Of a DNA stretch of 47,630 nucleotides, positions 39,908 to 47,630 are shown one piece after another. Both the position numbers and the translations under genes were made by a program. The notes below the pieces were generated by a model that was not told the origin of the DNA, searched no databases, and worked only from the letters and a program-made list of their open reading frames with translations. Position 1 is the stretch's first letter. Each line of letters begins with the position of its first letter. Origin of the DNA: a virus (taxonomy: Duplodnaviria; Caudoviricetes); IMG/VR virus record IMGVR_UViG_3300035394_000017, positions 1-47,630 of that record. One strand, 5' to 3'.

Positions 39908-40673
39908 TTTTCTTCTCTTCCTTCTTTACTGGTTTCTTGGTTTCCTTCTTCTTCGCATCTGGCTTTGGTGGAGCCTGAACGACGATGAACGGGCAATTCT
40001 TCTTGAAGTCAAGCACATGATCGGCAAGCTTCATCTTCTTAGCTTCGGATGAAGTCATCCAGTTGTCAAGACCACCGAGAAGCTTTTCCTTGATGACCTT
40101 GCGGGTCAATCCAGTCTTTCTCTGGAAGTGGCTTTGCATTCTGGTGTATATGTTGTTGAACTCTCTGTGAGCCGAAACAAGATCATCCATCTTTCCTGCG
40201 ACACCCCAGCTATACTGGTGAGACATGACGGAGGTATGCTCGGAGAGAACTCGGAATCCCTTTTCACCATTGATAAAGATAGTGAGAGCAGCAGAAGCAA
40301 TCTGACCAGAGCCTATGGTGAATACGGGAGTGTCAATCGAATCCATCATATCGCAAATCTGCCAAGCGTCAACGACAGAGCCTCCACCCGAGTTGATAAG
40401 CATGTGGATAGGCTGCATGACTCCTGTTATCTTGTTCTTGATATCGTATGCGAGCAACTGTTCAGTGACCATCTTACTGGTCTTGTCATTGATAACTCCC
40501 GACACCATTATCAAGTTGTATGGGAGGGTGAAGTTCACAACTGTTTGTTGATCTTGCCCCTCGCCTTCCTCACTCTCTTCATCATCTTCATCCAAGTCGG
40601 CTTTTCTCTTTGGTGGTTTAGCCGCATTCTTCGCTTTGTAGAAGTCTGACGGGTTGAATGGGAATTTATTCAT
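39882..40673 (-). CDS. clpP: ATP-dependent Clp protease proteolytic subunit
   Basis: INSGGGSV, G.IASAA (catalytic Ser), MSHQ (His), DNWMTSSEA...LADHV (Asp). Confidence 0.92.
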   Translation of the reverse strand: MNKFPFNPSDFYKAKNAAKPPKRKADLDEDDEESEEGEGQDQQTVVNFTLPYNLIMVSGVINDKTSKMVTEQLLAYDIKNKITGVMQPIHMLINSGGGSVVDAWQICDMMDSIDTPVFTIGSGQIASAALTIFINGEKGFRVLSEHTSVMSHQYSWGVAGKMDDLVSAHREFNNIYTRMQSHFQRKTGLTRKVIKEKLLGGLDNWMTSSEAKKMKLADHVLDFKKNCPFIVVQAPPKPDAKKKETKKPVKKEEKKNGKSDNKQ

Positions 40674-40936
40674 TGAGCTTGAACTCCTTTTGGTGTTTCT
40701 TCATTTACTTCCGGCATAGCGTCATAGTTGAACGTAGACATTTCTTTGTAGTCTACATCCCGCTTCCCCGTTCTCATGATAAAACTGTTTCCGCCTTTTA
40801 CGGTCAGCTTTCCACAAGAGCATGTTTCTGTCTTCTTCTCGGGTGAAGATATTACAATATCACCACAATGAAGACATTTGGCTTTATTCTTTTGGATTAT
40901 GTTATACGGCATATTACCCCTTGTATGTTTCGGCAA
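40670..40936 (-). CDS. Small Zn-binding phage protein
   Basis: NKAKCLHCGDIVIS...TCSCGKLTVKGG. Confidence 0.8.
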   Translation of the reverse strand: MPKHTRGNMPYNIIQKNKAKCLHCGDIVISSPEKKTETCSCGKLTVKGGNSFIMRTGKRDVDYKEMSTFNYDAMPEVNEETPKGVQAQ

Positions 40937-41597
40937 GTATATTGGTGAGTTGCTTCTTCAGGTTCTCTTTCCAATCTGGTCGAGGATCGTTGATTATATT
41001 ATAATCATAAAAACTAAAAGCATCGGTTAGTTCTGCGTCTGCCCCGTCGTTCTTGAATATACCATCTGGACGGTAGACTTGTATCTTGACTACTCTTGGT
41101 TTCTCAAAGCTCCAACCCTGGTGTGTAGCCTTTGCATTTTCTACGAAGAGGTTATACATCTTGCTGTCAGGGTCGCCTTCATTTGGATAACGGTAGTCGG
41201 AAACGATTCCAACATCCATTCCGCTACTATATAGTTCGTTGTATACCTGCCAAGCCCATGTGTCACCCCAAATAGAACGGGCAAACCTTCCCTCTTCAAT
41301 CAGAATGTCACGAACCGTTCTTGGTGTTCCATCGGCTTTTGGGGCTGCATGTGGAACGACACTCATCTTGTATTCTTGATCTTCCATTTTAGCCAAGTCA
41401 AGACCATATCTATCGGCAGCGTGCTTCTTCAACATCTTCGCAAACAAGGTACGCTTATGGGATATTTGTTTTTCTCTCAAGATATCTTGGAGTATATCAC
41501 AGCAGCTATCCTTGCCCATCTGCTGCCGGTGTCCGAACAAATACACAACTTTCGGAAACGGGTAGGGCTGCGGATGTCTTGTATATTGAATAGGCAT
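40914..41597 (-). CDS. Deoxynucleoside monophosphate kinase, T4 gp1-like
   Basis: Walker A-like GHRQQMGKD, FAKMLK, RDILIEEG, IVSDYRYPNE; start moved to ATG 41597 (RBS AAAGGGGAG) because 41621 overlaps the -10 box. Confidence 0.85.
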   Translation of the reverse strand: MPIQYTRHPQPYPFPKVVYLFGHRQQMGKDSCCDILQDILREKQISHKRTLFAKMLKKHAADRYGLDLAKMEDQEYKMSVVPHAAPKADGTPRTVRDILIEEGRFARSIWGDTWAWQVYNELYSSGMDVGIVSDYRYPNEGDPDSKMYNLFVENAKATHQGWSFEKPRVVKIQVYRPDGIFKNDGADAELTDAFSFYDYNIINDPRPDWKENLKKQLTNILAETYKG

Positions 41598-41619
41598 TTC
41601 TCTCCCCTTTGATAAACCC

Positions 41620-41647
41620 ATTATAGGGCAGGGCGGAGATTAATCAA
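41620..41647 (-). promoter_or_regulatory. Putative sigma70-like promoter TTGATT-N16-TATAAT
   Basis: Intergenic, upstream of the dNMP kinase; the same hexamers recur at 43509-43535. Confidence 0.5.
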
Positions 41648-41649
41648 TA

Positions 41650-41841
41650 TCAGTTGATCTTATTTCTTTTCTGAAACAGACCACCGCCCATATTCATAAT
41701 GTCAATATCAGTCTGTTCGTGCATAACGATTGTTATACCTTCCTTAGAACAGCTTGGGCAGATGACGGTTGCTGCAAAGCGGGTTGGCACAACTCCGAAT
41801 GTTTGCTTGCCGCAGTGTGGGCACTTATATGATGCTTCCAT
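41650..41841 (-). CDS. Zn-ribbon protein (63 aa)
   Basis: YKCPHCG...ICPSCS; TAATG coupling to the upstream gene. Confidence 0.75.
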   Translation of the reverse strand: MEASYKCPHCGKQTFGVVPTRFAATVICPSCSKEGITIVMHEQTDIDIMNMGGGLFQKRNKIN

Positions 41842-42341
41842 TACTTTCTCCTATCCTGTGTTAGTTCCTGAATACGTCTCAGCTTCTCGTTTCCTCTTTC
41901 GAAGATGCTTCTGTCTTGACCCTTTACGGTATTTACGAGTGTCGGAGAAATACTCTTGGCTTTATTGGGCATCATTCCTGGCACACCCTGCATGCCCTGT
42001 AGATGCCTTGTAACGGGCGTAGGATTGAATTTGGCTGGTAGGGGTACTCCGATGGCTCCGGGGAAATTAAAGCCTCCCTGTGCGCCTACAACGTGCATTC
42101 CTTGCGGTATCTGCATGCCAGTGGGTAGTCCGTTCTTCTGAAGGATGCCCATGCGTATCTGCTCCTGCATGGCTTCCACCTTTTCTCTTTTTTCTTCTTC
42201 GGTATCACCTAAATCCATCTTGGCATCGAACCATGAAATCTTAGATAGATCCATGACTGTCTCAATCTCTTCCTCATAGTTTTCCATCGTTTCGACCCAA
42301 GGTGAGTCCATCCATGGCTGGTATTCGGCTTGTTCTGGCAT
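41841..42341 (-). CDS. Hypothetical protein (166 aa): acidic N-terminus, Gly/Pro/Met/Gln low-complexity middle
   Basis: RBS AAGGA; late promoter directly upstream. Confidence 0.75.
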   Translation of the reverse strand: MPEQAEYQPWMDSPWVETMENYEEEIETVMDLSKISWFDAKMDLGDTEEEKREKVEAMQEQIRMGILQKNGLPTGMQIPQGMHVVGAQGGFNFPGAIGVPLPAKFNPTPVTRHLQGMQGVPGMMPNKAKSISPTLVNTVKGQDRSIFERGNEKLRRIQELTQDRRK

Positions 42342-42351
42342 ATATATCCTT

Positions 42352-42359
42352 TATTTATA
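42352..42359 (-). promoter_or_regulatory. T4-type late promoter TATAAATA (minus strand)
   Basis: Plus-strand TATTTATA, intergenic, between a terminator and the 42341 start. Confidence 0.6.
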
Positions 42360-42397
42360 AAATAAGAAACCCTGCCACTATTGTAGCAGGGTTCTTT
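42358..42397 (-). terminator. Intrinsic terminator
   Basis: Minus strand GAACCCTGCTAC-AATA-GTGGCAGGGTTT followed by CTTATTTT; may be bidirectional (TTCTTTTT on +). Confidence 0.75.
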
Positions 42398-42419
42398 TTA
42401 GCCGAAACCGATGACTGGA

Positions 42420-43481
42420 TTAGATATCCAGCTTGCCTGCCGCAATCTCGGGGTAGATATGGCAGAGGTTCTTGCAATACTGGTAGACGTTCTCGTAGCG
42501 GTCGATAACATCGGTGATTCCGACCTCGACTGGCGACTTGGCGAGCTTCACATTGAAGTCAGCCACCTTCTCAACCCCAAGGTGCTTCTTCGCATAGACG
42601 AAGTAGTTGCGGATGTAGAAGACACCCTGAATCATACGGTTGATTCGCTTCATGTTCAGGTAAGCCTTGCTGAACGGATGCTCAAGAACATCATCGCTGA
42701 TACCATCATCAAGCTCCCACCAGACACGATGCGGATCCGACAGGTCGGCGTTGCTGGTGATGGTGCGGGAGTTTCCGCCAGGAACCGCAACCGTCTTGCC
42801 ACTCTCAAGGTAGGAGAGAACATCACGGAACAAGCCACCGATCATGCCAGCGAGGTTGTCGGGGTTATCCATCAGCATTTCATCGGAGCCACCGACGATA
42901 TACAGGTAGTCACGGGTCTTGTCATTGCCACGCTGCTTGACAACATAGCGAACAGACAGAGGCTTGACACTCCACTTGGTACAGACAAGACCCATTCGGA
43001 TATTCTTGCCGATACTCGTGTCATCAGCCGACTCCTTCGGGATGAAACGGTCGGTGTCATCATCCCCACCGTAACGCTTGAAGAAGGTAAAGAGGGTGTT
43101 CAACTGCTCATCCGAGCGACTGTTGAAGTTCATGTCAGTCGAAACCAGACCGAACTTTGCCATGACTGCCGCAGACTGCTTGGAAGCGTTGCGAGGGTCG
43201 ATGAGGGCACGGGTGTAGGGGATGTAACCGTTGATCCACAACGGAGCCATGGTCAGCACAGTATTTTCTTTCTTTGCCTCCATCTCCGTCTGCTCAAGGG
43301 CAGGGTAGATGTTCAGCGCATCCTTGGGGGTCGCAACCACTTGATTCGGAGTGCGAACCTGCGACATGGCATTACCCTTGATGGTATAGCCAGCCGATGG
43401 GTCGGTGTCAATAAGGGTGGCACCGAGGGTCGCAGTCTTGGCAGACTTGAGTCCGAACAGTTGGGTGACGATTTCGCTCAT
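42420..43481 (-). CDS. Hypothetical protein (353 aa), own transcription unit
   Basis: RBS AAGAGG, upstream promoter, downstream terminator, strongly C/G-ending codons. Confidence 0.85.
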   Translation of the reverse strand: MSEIVTQLFGLKSAKTATLGATLIDTDPSAGYTIKGNAMSQVRTPNQVVATPKDALNIYPALEQTEMEAKKENTVLTMAPLWINGYIPYTRALIDPRNASKQSAAVMAKFGLVSTDMNFNSRSDEQLNTLFTFFKRYGGDDDTDRFIPKESADDTSIGKNIRMGLVCTKWSVKPLSVRYVVKQRGNDKTRDYLYIVGGSDEMLMDNPDNLAGMIGGLFRDVLSYLESGKTVAVPGGNSRTITSNADLSDPHRVWWELDDGISDDVLEHPFSKAYLNMKRINRMIQGVFYIRNYFVYAKKHLGVEKVADFNVKLAKSPVEVGITDVIDRYENVYQYCKNLCHIYPEIAAGKLDI

Positions 43482-43508
43482 GGGTATTTTCCTCTTGGTT
43501 ATGTTTTT

Positions 43509-43535
43509 ATTATAGGTGGTATTCTACTGAATCAA
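43509..43535 (-). promoter_or_regulatory. Putative sigma70-like promoter TTGATT-N15-TATAAT
   Basis: Upstream of the 353-aa gene; spacer is short. Confidence 0.45.
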
Positions 43536-44011
43536 GTCGCCGTCTCTTCGTCGCCTCGTGGGTGTGTCACACGGGGGTTTCCAGCCGACCTACACGGGTA
43601 AAGGCTCTTGAACTTGTTACGGGGCTGTATAAGTCTAACAGTATGATTGACTTGTGAAAGACCATTACTACGGACCCAACCAGACCATTCTTCAGCCGCA
43701 ATGCCATTCTCCTGTTTGATTATACATTGCCCGTCAATCCAGTATTCATGCTGACAGGTAGAGTAACGGCAGATGGCGGGACCAGTTGATTGTGGCGAAT
43801 CAAGTCGGTGAAGATAACCGTTGAACCAGTATTCTTCATCCCCGTCAAGATGGATAACGGCAGGACCGTCAACACGATGCTTCTTGCCGTTTACCCAATA
43901 TTCTTTTTGCCCATGAATACCTTCATATGCTGGACCGTCAAAGCGATGTATAACACCATTCTCATAATGGTATGTTCCTAAATCTGTTTTTATGACCTTA
44001 TAGGTATTCAC
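43532..44011 (-). CDS. HRxDGPA-repeat phage protein (159 aa)
   Basis: HRFDGPAYEG..EYWVNGKK-HRVDGPAV..EYWFNGYL-HRLD...GPAI...EYWIDG. Confidence 0.85.
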   Translation of the reverse strand: MNTYKVIKTDLGTYHYENGVIHRFDGPAYEGIHGQKEYWVNGKKHRVDGPAVIHLDGDEEYWFNGYLHRLDSPQSTGPAICRYSTCQHEYWIDGQCIIKQENGIAAEEWSGWVRSNGLSQVNHTVRLIQPRNKFKSLYPCRSAGNPRVTHPRGDEETAT

Positions 44012-45027
44012 TTGACTCTCTCTTGGAATTTCAAGATATGCTTGACATACTTCTCAGGGAATGCGTAAACGGTTCCAGTGGGGCGCATGAGTATTCCATC
44101 GGAATAGTATGGGAACGAGTCAAACGAGTAGTCGGTGTCACGCTTATATCGGGCAGCGTCTTCCGTCACCCCATTCTCATATCTATTCGTTTTCCACTCC
44201 GAAACCTTCTGAATGATGTCTGCTGGAAGGTCAACGGTTCCAACATCCTTGATAAAGGAATGTGACGGTCTGACTTCGGCTTGGTAGATGTTCTTTTCGC
44301 AAACTTCTCCAGTGAATTCCGTCTGCTCCCACAACAGCAGAGCATTCTTTATTTCGGAACGGTGGTAGGTATACGTTCTACGAACTCCCCAGCCGACGCT
44401 ATTATCTTGTTCAGCAACACAGCGGGTAGTATCAACATATCCCAGGAAGACGTATTTCTTGGCACCCTTACCAACGTAAACATGACCAACCTGAAGGTCG
44501 CCATATCCAATCTTTTTCAGAGAGCGGTCAGCGGTAGCGCCGATAAGAGCCTTGTGGAGAGCCGATCCGACACGAACGAGCTTCATTTCGGAGCGAACCT
44601 TAGCCCACACAAACTCACCAACCAGAATGCCGCCCTTGTCAATACCAGCCTCAAGCATGGTATCCATGAGAACATCCTCACGAACATCAAAAAAGAAATT
44701 GTCGGGAGTTACAACCTTGTATGCTCGACCACCATTGCCACGAGCCTCCAGCGAAACAATCTTGATTCCCTTGATGGGGTCGTTCTTGCGGTGTGTTTCT
44801 TGAACGGCAGATTTCTTTTGCGACCAATACCCACCTTCAGCCCAACGCTTGCCAGTTTCCATGGTCTTGGCATTGGAAGAGTCGGAACAGAATGCTGGAA
44901 TCACTTCCTGCCCCTCCCAGCCGCCGTGTAGAGCATCATCCTCCCAAAAACACGAAAGAGTCTTCGGATCTGAATAGATATAGGTAACGTTCTCGGGGAT
45001 GTTTCCGACGATGAGCTTAGTAGCCAT
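44008..45027 (-). CDS. Hypothetical phage protein (339 aa)
   Basis: Long ORF with RBS AAGGA; GGRAYKV...FDVREDVL...MKLVRVGS segment. Confidence 0.85.
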   Translation of the reverse strand: MATKLIVGNIPENVTYIYSDPKTLSCFWEDDALHGGWEGQEVIPAFCSDSSNAKTMETGKRWAEGGYWSQKKSAVQETHRKNDPIKGIKIVSLEARGNGGRAYKVVTPDNFFFDVREDVLMDTMLEAGIDKGGILVGEFVWAKVRSEMKLVRVGSALHKALIGATADRSLKKIGYGDLQVGHVYVGKGAKKYVFLGYVDTTRCVAEQDNSVGWGVRRTYTYHRSEIKNALLLWEQTEFTGEVCEKNIYQAEVRPSHSFIKDVGTVDLPADIIQKVSEWKTNRYENGVTEDAARYKRDTDYSFDSFPYYSDGILMRPTGTVYAFPEKYVKHILKFQERVK

Positions 45028-45029
45028 GA

Positions 45030-45161
45030 TTATTCCTTCACAAGACGGTAGTAGTCGCCAAACTCACGCTTGAAGACCTTGCACAGATTCTCGTAGTCAC
45101 CTTCCATCATTTCTTTCTGGATAGGCTCAAAGTCAACGAATATTTCACGGGTGCGTTTCAT
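45030..45161 (-). CDS. Small protein (43 aa), below the ORF-track cutoff
   Basis: MKRTREIFVDFEPIQKEMMEGDYENLCKVFKREFGDYYRLVKE; ATGA overlap with the upstream ORF; fills the gap exactly. Confidence 0.65.
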   Translation of the reverse strand: MKRTREIFVDFEPIQKEMMEGDYENLCKVFKREFGDYYRLVKE

Positions 45162-45343
45162 AGAGTTTCCATGCCCTTGATAAGCCCGTCAAGGATAAAC
45201 CTGCGAGCCGACTTGTTTTTCTTTCGAGCGAGGTATCTGACACGGCACATACACTGCCGCCCAGCCCTTCCAACAAAAACAATCTGGCTCCCACGCAATA
45301 GAATGCGTGCGCCGAAGGGATTTACTTGCCAGTTTTTATCCAT
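45158..45343 (-). CDS. Small basic hypothetical protein (61 aa)
   Basis: RBS AAGGA; fits the operon. Confidence 0.55.
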   Translation of the reverse strand: MDKNWQVNPFGARILLRGSQIVFVGRAGRQCMCRVRYLARKKNKSARRFILDGLIKGMETL

Positions 45344-45353
45344 GTTATATTCC

Positions 45354-45632
45354 TTACTTCTTCACTTTCTTTGCGGATACGATTGATATGGTATCGGTTT
45401 CTTTAGGAAGCAAACCGACAAACTTATCACCATCATGGAGAAACCATCTGTTCTCCCATTTATCCAGGCTCCTGTCAACTATAACCGGCATCAGAGTAGC
45501 GTCAAGAGTTTTTCCAGCCTTATATTCACCTAAGTCTTTTTCCAGCTTGGCAATATAGTATATGTAAAGCCCTATGACAATCTCAGAGTCTTTCTTTTCT
45601 TCAACTTCCGATTCGGCTTTCTTTTTACTCAA
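45354..45632 (-). CDS. Hypothetical protein (92 aa)
   Basis: RBS GGAG; overlaps the upstream gene. Confidence 0.7.
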   Translation of the reverse strand: MSKKKAESEVEEKKDSEIVIGLYIYYIAKLEKDLGEYKAGKTLDATLMPVIVDRSLDKWENRWFLHDGDKFVGLLPKETDTISIVSAKKVKK

Positions 45633-45837
45633 TGTATTCTCCGGTTTCTGTATATGATTCTATCTCCTTCTTCCACTTTTGCAATTTATCCCAGGTATAA
45701 TGACCAAGCCCAGGAAACCCTTCCCTGTCAAGTTTACTATTCCCGTCTGAGAAGCATTCGTAGTCGTGTTCCATGGAGTGCATGAAGAGTTCGTAGGCTT
45801 CCAGCCGACGCTTCAACTTCTCAATATCGTCGCTCAC
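45625..45837 (-). CDS. Hypothetical protein (70 aa)
   Basis: GTGA coupling; RBS AAGGAAG. Confidence 0.7.
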   Translation of the reverse strand: MSDDIEKLKRRLEAYELFMHSMEHDYECFSDGNSKLDREGFPGLGHYTWDKLQKWKKEIESYTETGEYIE

Positions 45838-46346
45838 GGCTCTTCCTTGACAACCTCAACAACAAGGTTATTGACATCAGAACGCTTCAGCCAGAATCTC
45901 CCCGTCAGCTTGCTGCCCTTCTGCTTTTCAATGCGGAAGGTGATGGAGTCAAAATCCTTCATATCCTTACCCTTGCGGATATAGACACGATCCACAACAA
46001 GGCGAGTATCCTTCGGAATTGACCATTCAGTATAGAAGTCATACCACTTGTTGTGTGTGTTTTTTCTCTCGACCCACTTGATATCAGTTGGAACGTCTTT
46101 TGGCATTTCATTATAGCGACTCCAGCATAACCTACCATTATAGCCAGGAATAATCTTCTCCATAAACTTGCTGTTACGGTATTCAACCCATATGGTAACG
46201 GGCGTATCCTTGATTATCTTGATGGTTGTTCCAATGGTCGGAATGAAGAAACGCCGAATGTTATTGTCGGCTACTTCCTTCTGCTTCTCAAGGGCAGCTT
46301 CAAGCTGCTTGATGTAATCGTTGAGGGCTGCTAAGTCAGTGTTCAT
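45834..46346 (-). CDS. Hypothetical phage protein (170 aa)
   Basis: ATGA coupling; IPTIG...VDRVYIRKG...RFW motif. Confidence 0.8.
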   Translation of the reverse strand: MNTDLAALNDYIKQLEAALEKQKEVADNNIRRFFIPTIGTTIKIIKDTPVTIWVEYRNSKFMEKIIPGYNGRLCWSRYNEMPKDVPTDIKWVERKNTHNKWYDFYTEWSIPKDTRLVVDRVYIRKGKDMKDFDSITFRIEKQKGSKLTGRFWLKRSDVNNLVVEVVKEEP

Positions 46347-46651
46347 GCGACAACCTTTGGTTCTTTAGTAGCGTCTTTTATTAAATCTCTATGGTAGGCA
46401 GATATCTCATCCGTAGTCATTTTTCGCAGCATTCGATCAAGATTGGCTGTATATTCCATTCCCTTTATGAATATTTCCCGCTGATCCACAGTAAGAGTCT
46501 TGACATATTCGAGAATCGTTTGCTGCTTCGTAAGACACTCAGAAAGTTCCTTCTTGCGTAATTTCTCAGAATCTCTAAAGAATTCCGGACCCTTATAAAA
46601 AGGATCCGGTTCTTCAAGAAGAGACTTGAACCAATCAATGACTTTCTTCAT
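46343..46651 (-). CDS. Hypothetical protein (102 aa)
   Basis: RBS AAAGGA; helical, charged. Confidence 0.7.
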   Translation of the reverse strand: MKKVIDWFKSLLEEPDPFYKGPEFFRDSEKLRKKELSECLTKQQTILEYVKTLTVDQREIFIKGMEYTANLDRMLRKMTTDEISAYHRDLIKDATKEPKVVA

Positions 46652-46684
46652 ATCTTTCCTTTAGGATGATAGTTATTCGACTCC

Positions 46685-47630
46685 TTACCAAGTCATAATC
46701 CCCGCATCCTCGTTCCAAATCTTCTTCTCACGGAGGAAGGTGCCGACCTTGACGTTGAAATCCAAGTCAGCAAGCATCTTGCTACGAACATGCTTGTTAG
46801 CCTCGAAGATAGTAGCAGCATACTCGTCTTCGATGAGCGGGTTGTTGAGGAAGCCCATCATCCACTCAGCATCCTTGATGGTCAACTTCTCCTTCTTATC
46901 ATCAATATACTGCTTGACAAGCCCGACTGCCTTGGTCATAAGATCCATGCGGACGGTCTGCTGACCGTCAATCTCGGTCTTCAGGATATTGGTGATTTCC
47001 TGCTTGTTGTTCTCGTAATCCACCAGCATTTCGATGGTGATGCTATCACCCTGGCGGCTGAAGTGTTCCAGCCAAGTATCACGGAAGTTGCTGCCAAGGT
47101 AAGCCTCAAGGATATGCGAGCCATGTTCCTTGATCCAGCCCTTGCCCTTCTTGCCCAGGATACGCATAACGTAGTCGATCTTACGACGGCTGGGCTTTAC
47201 CTCAAAGTTCAACTCGAACTCGGGAATCTTTACCCAAGCCGGGTCTTCCTTGAGAACGGAGAGAGTGGTCTTATCCATTCCCGTCTCGGTGAGATACTTG
47301 ATGTATTCGTTGACGGTGGGGCGCAGGATGATATGACCAAGACGGTCAAGAGCAGCCTTGTCGATGAGGTCGTTTACCTCGTAATCCTCAGTCGGAGGGT
47401 TCATGGCAGCGACGATGGAATCCTTCTCACCGATACGATGCGTGTGCAGCGTGCCTTCGATGAGGAACGGAAGCATGGCAGCCAGAACCATTCGGTTGCC
47501 ACGGTTCATCTCGTCAAGGAAGAACAGATTCTTCTTGCCAGTATTCTTCGACGTTTCGATGGCATTGTGGAGCCAGTCGGGGCAGGACCAGATAGTGATC
47601 TTATCAATCACCTTGCCGCTGGCATCCTTG
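46685..47630 (-). CDS. MoxR-like AAA+ ATPase, N-terminus outside the window
   Basis: Walker B FFLDEMNRG, sensor AAMNPP, D.AALDR, SRR; the frame stays open to the window edge and Walker A is absent. Confidence 0.85.
   Translation of the reverse strand, partial: KDASGKVIDKITIWSCPDWLHNAIETSKNTGKKNLFFLDEMNRGNRMVLAAMLPFLIEGTLHTHRIGEKDSIVAAMNPPTEDYEVNDLIDKAALDRLGHIILRPTVNEYIKYLTETGMDKTTLSVLKEDPAWVKIPEFELNFEVKPSRRKIDYVMRILGKKGKGWIKEHGSHILEAYLGSNFRDTWLEHFSRQGDSITIEMLVDYENNKQEITNILKTEIDGQQTVRMDLMTKAVGLVKQYIDDKKEKLTIKDAEWMMGFLNNPLIEDEYAATIFEANKHVRSKMLADLDFNVKVGTFLREKKIWNEDAGIMTW

Noticed and set aside
43562-43572. Palindrome GTGTG-T-CACAC upstream of the 353-aa gene promoter
   Set aside because: Short, single occurrence, inside a coding region; expected by chance.
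42411-43601. 396-aa plus-strand ORF
   Set aside because: Antisense shadow of the codon-biased 353-aa gene, which has the RBS, promoter and terminator.
44281-44931. 216-aa plus-strand ORF (likewise 40128-40649 and minus-strand 22735-23355)
   Set aside because: Antisense to well-supported genes; no RBS or motif support.

Overview
This window is part of a large T4-like (myovirus, probably jumbo) phage genome. Bases ~398-39137 (+) form a late structural operon: gp5-like baseplate spike, gp25-like wedge, enlarged gp6-like (1202 aa) and gp7/gpI-like (1927 aa) wedge proteins, then about 15 tail fibre, spike or appendage genes (collagen-like, SGNH esterase, DUF2341/LamG-like, Kelch, Gly-rich, poly-Ser). 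An AT-rich block within the operon ends in a GT8-like glycosyltransferase. Bases ~39128-47630 (-) carry ClpP, a dNMP kinase, Zn-ribbon proteins, hypothetical genes and a truncated MoxR-like AAA+ ATPase. T4-type late promoters (TATAAATA) occur on both strands. The best candidate for an undescribed system is one ~65-aa beta-module present about nine times across five virion proteins (3x in gp6, 3x in a stand-alone 251-aa protein, 1x at the C-termini of three consecutive appendage proteins), which suggests a plug-and-socket system for mounting appendages on the baseplate. Also notable: a 2-nt frameshift inside a 24-bp poly-Ser repeat, and possible virion glycosylation and disulfide-formation pathways. 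All family calls are by-eye motif recognition; no database searches were run.
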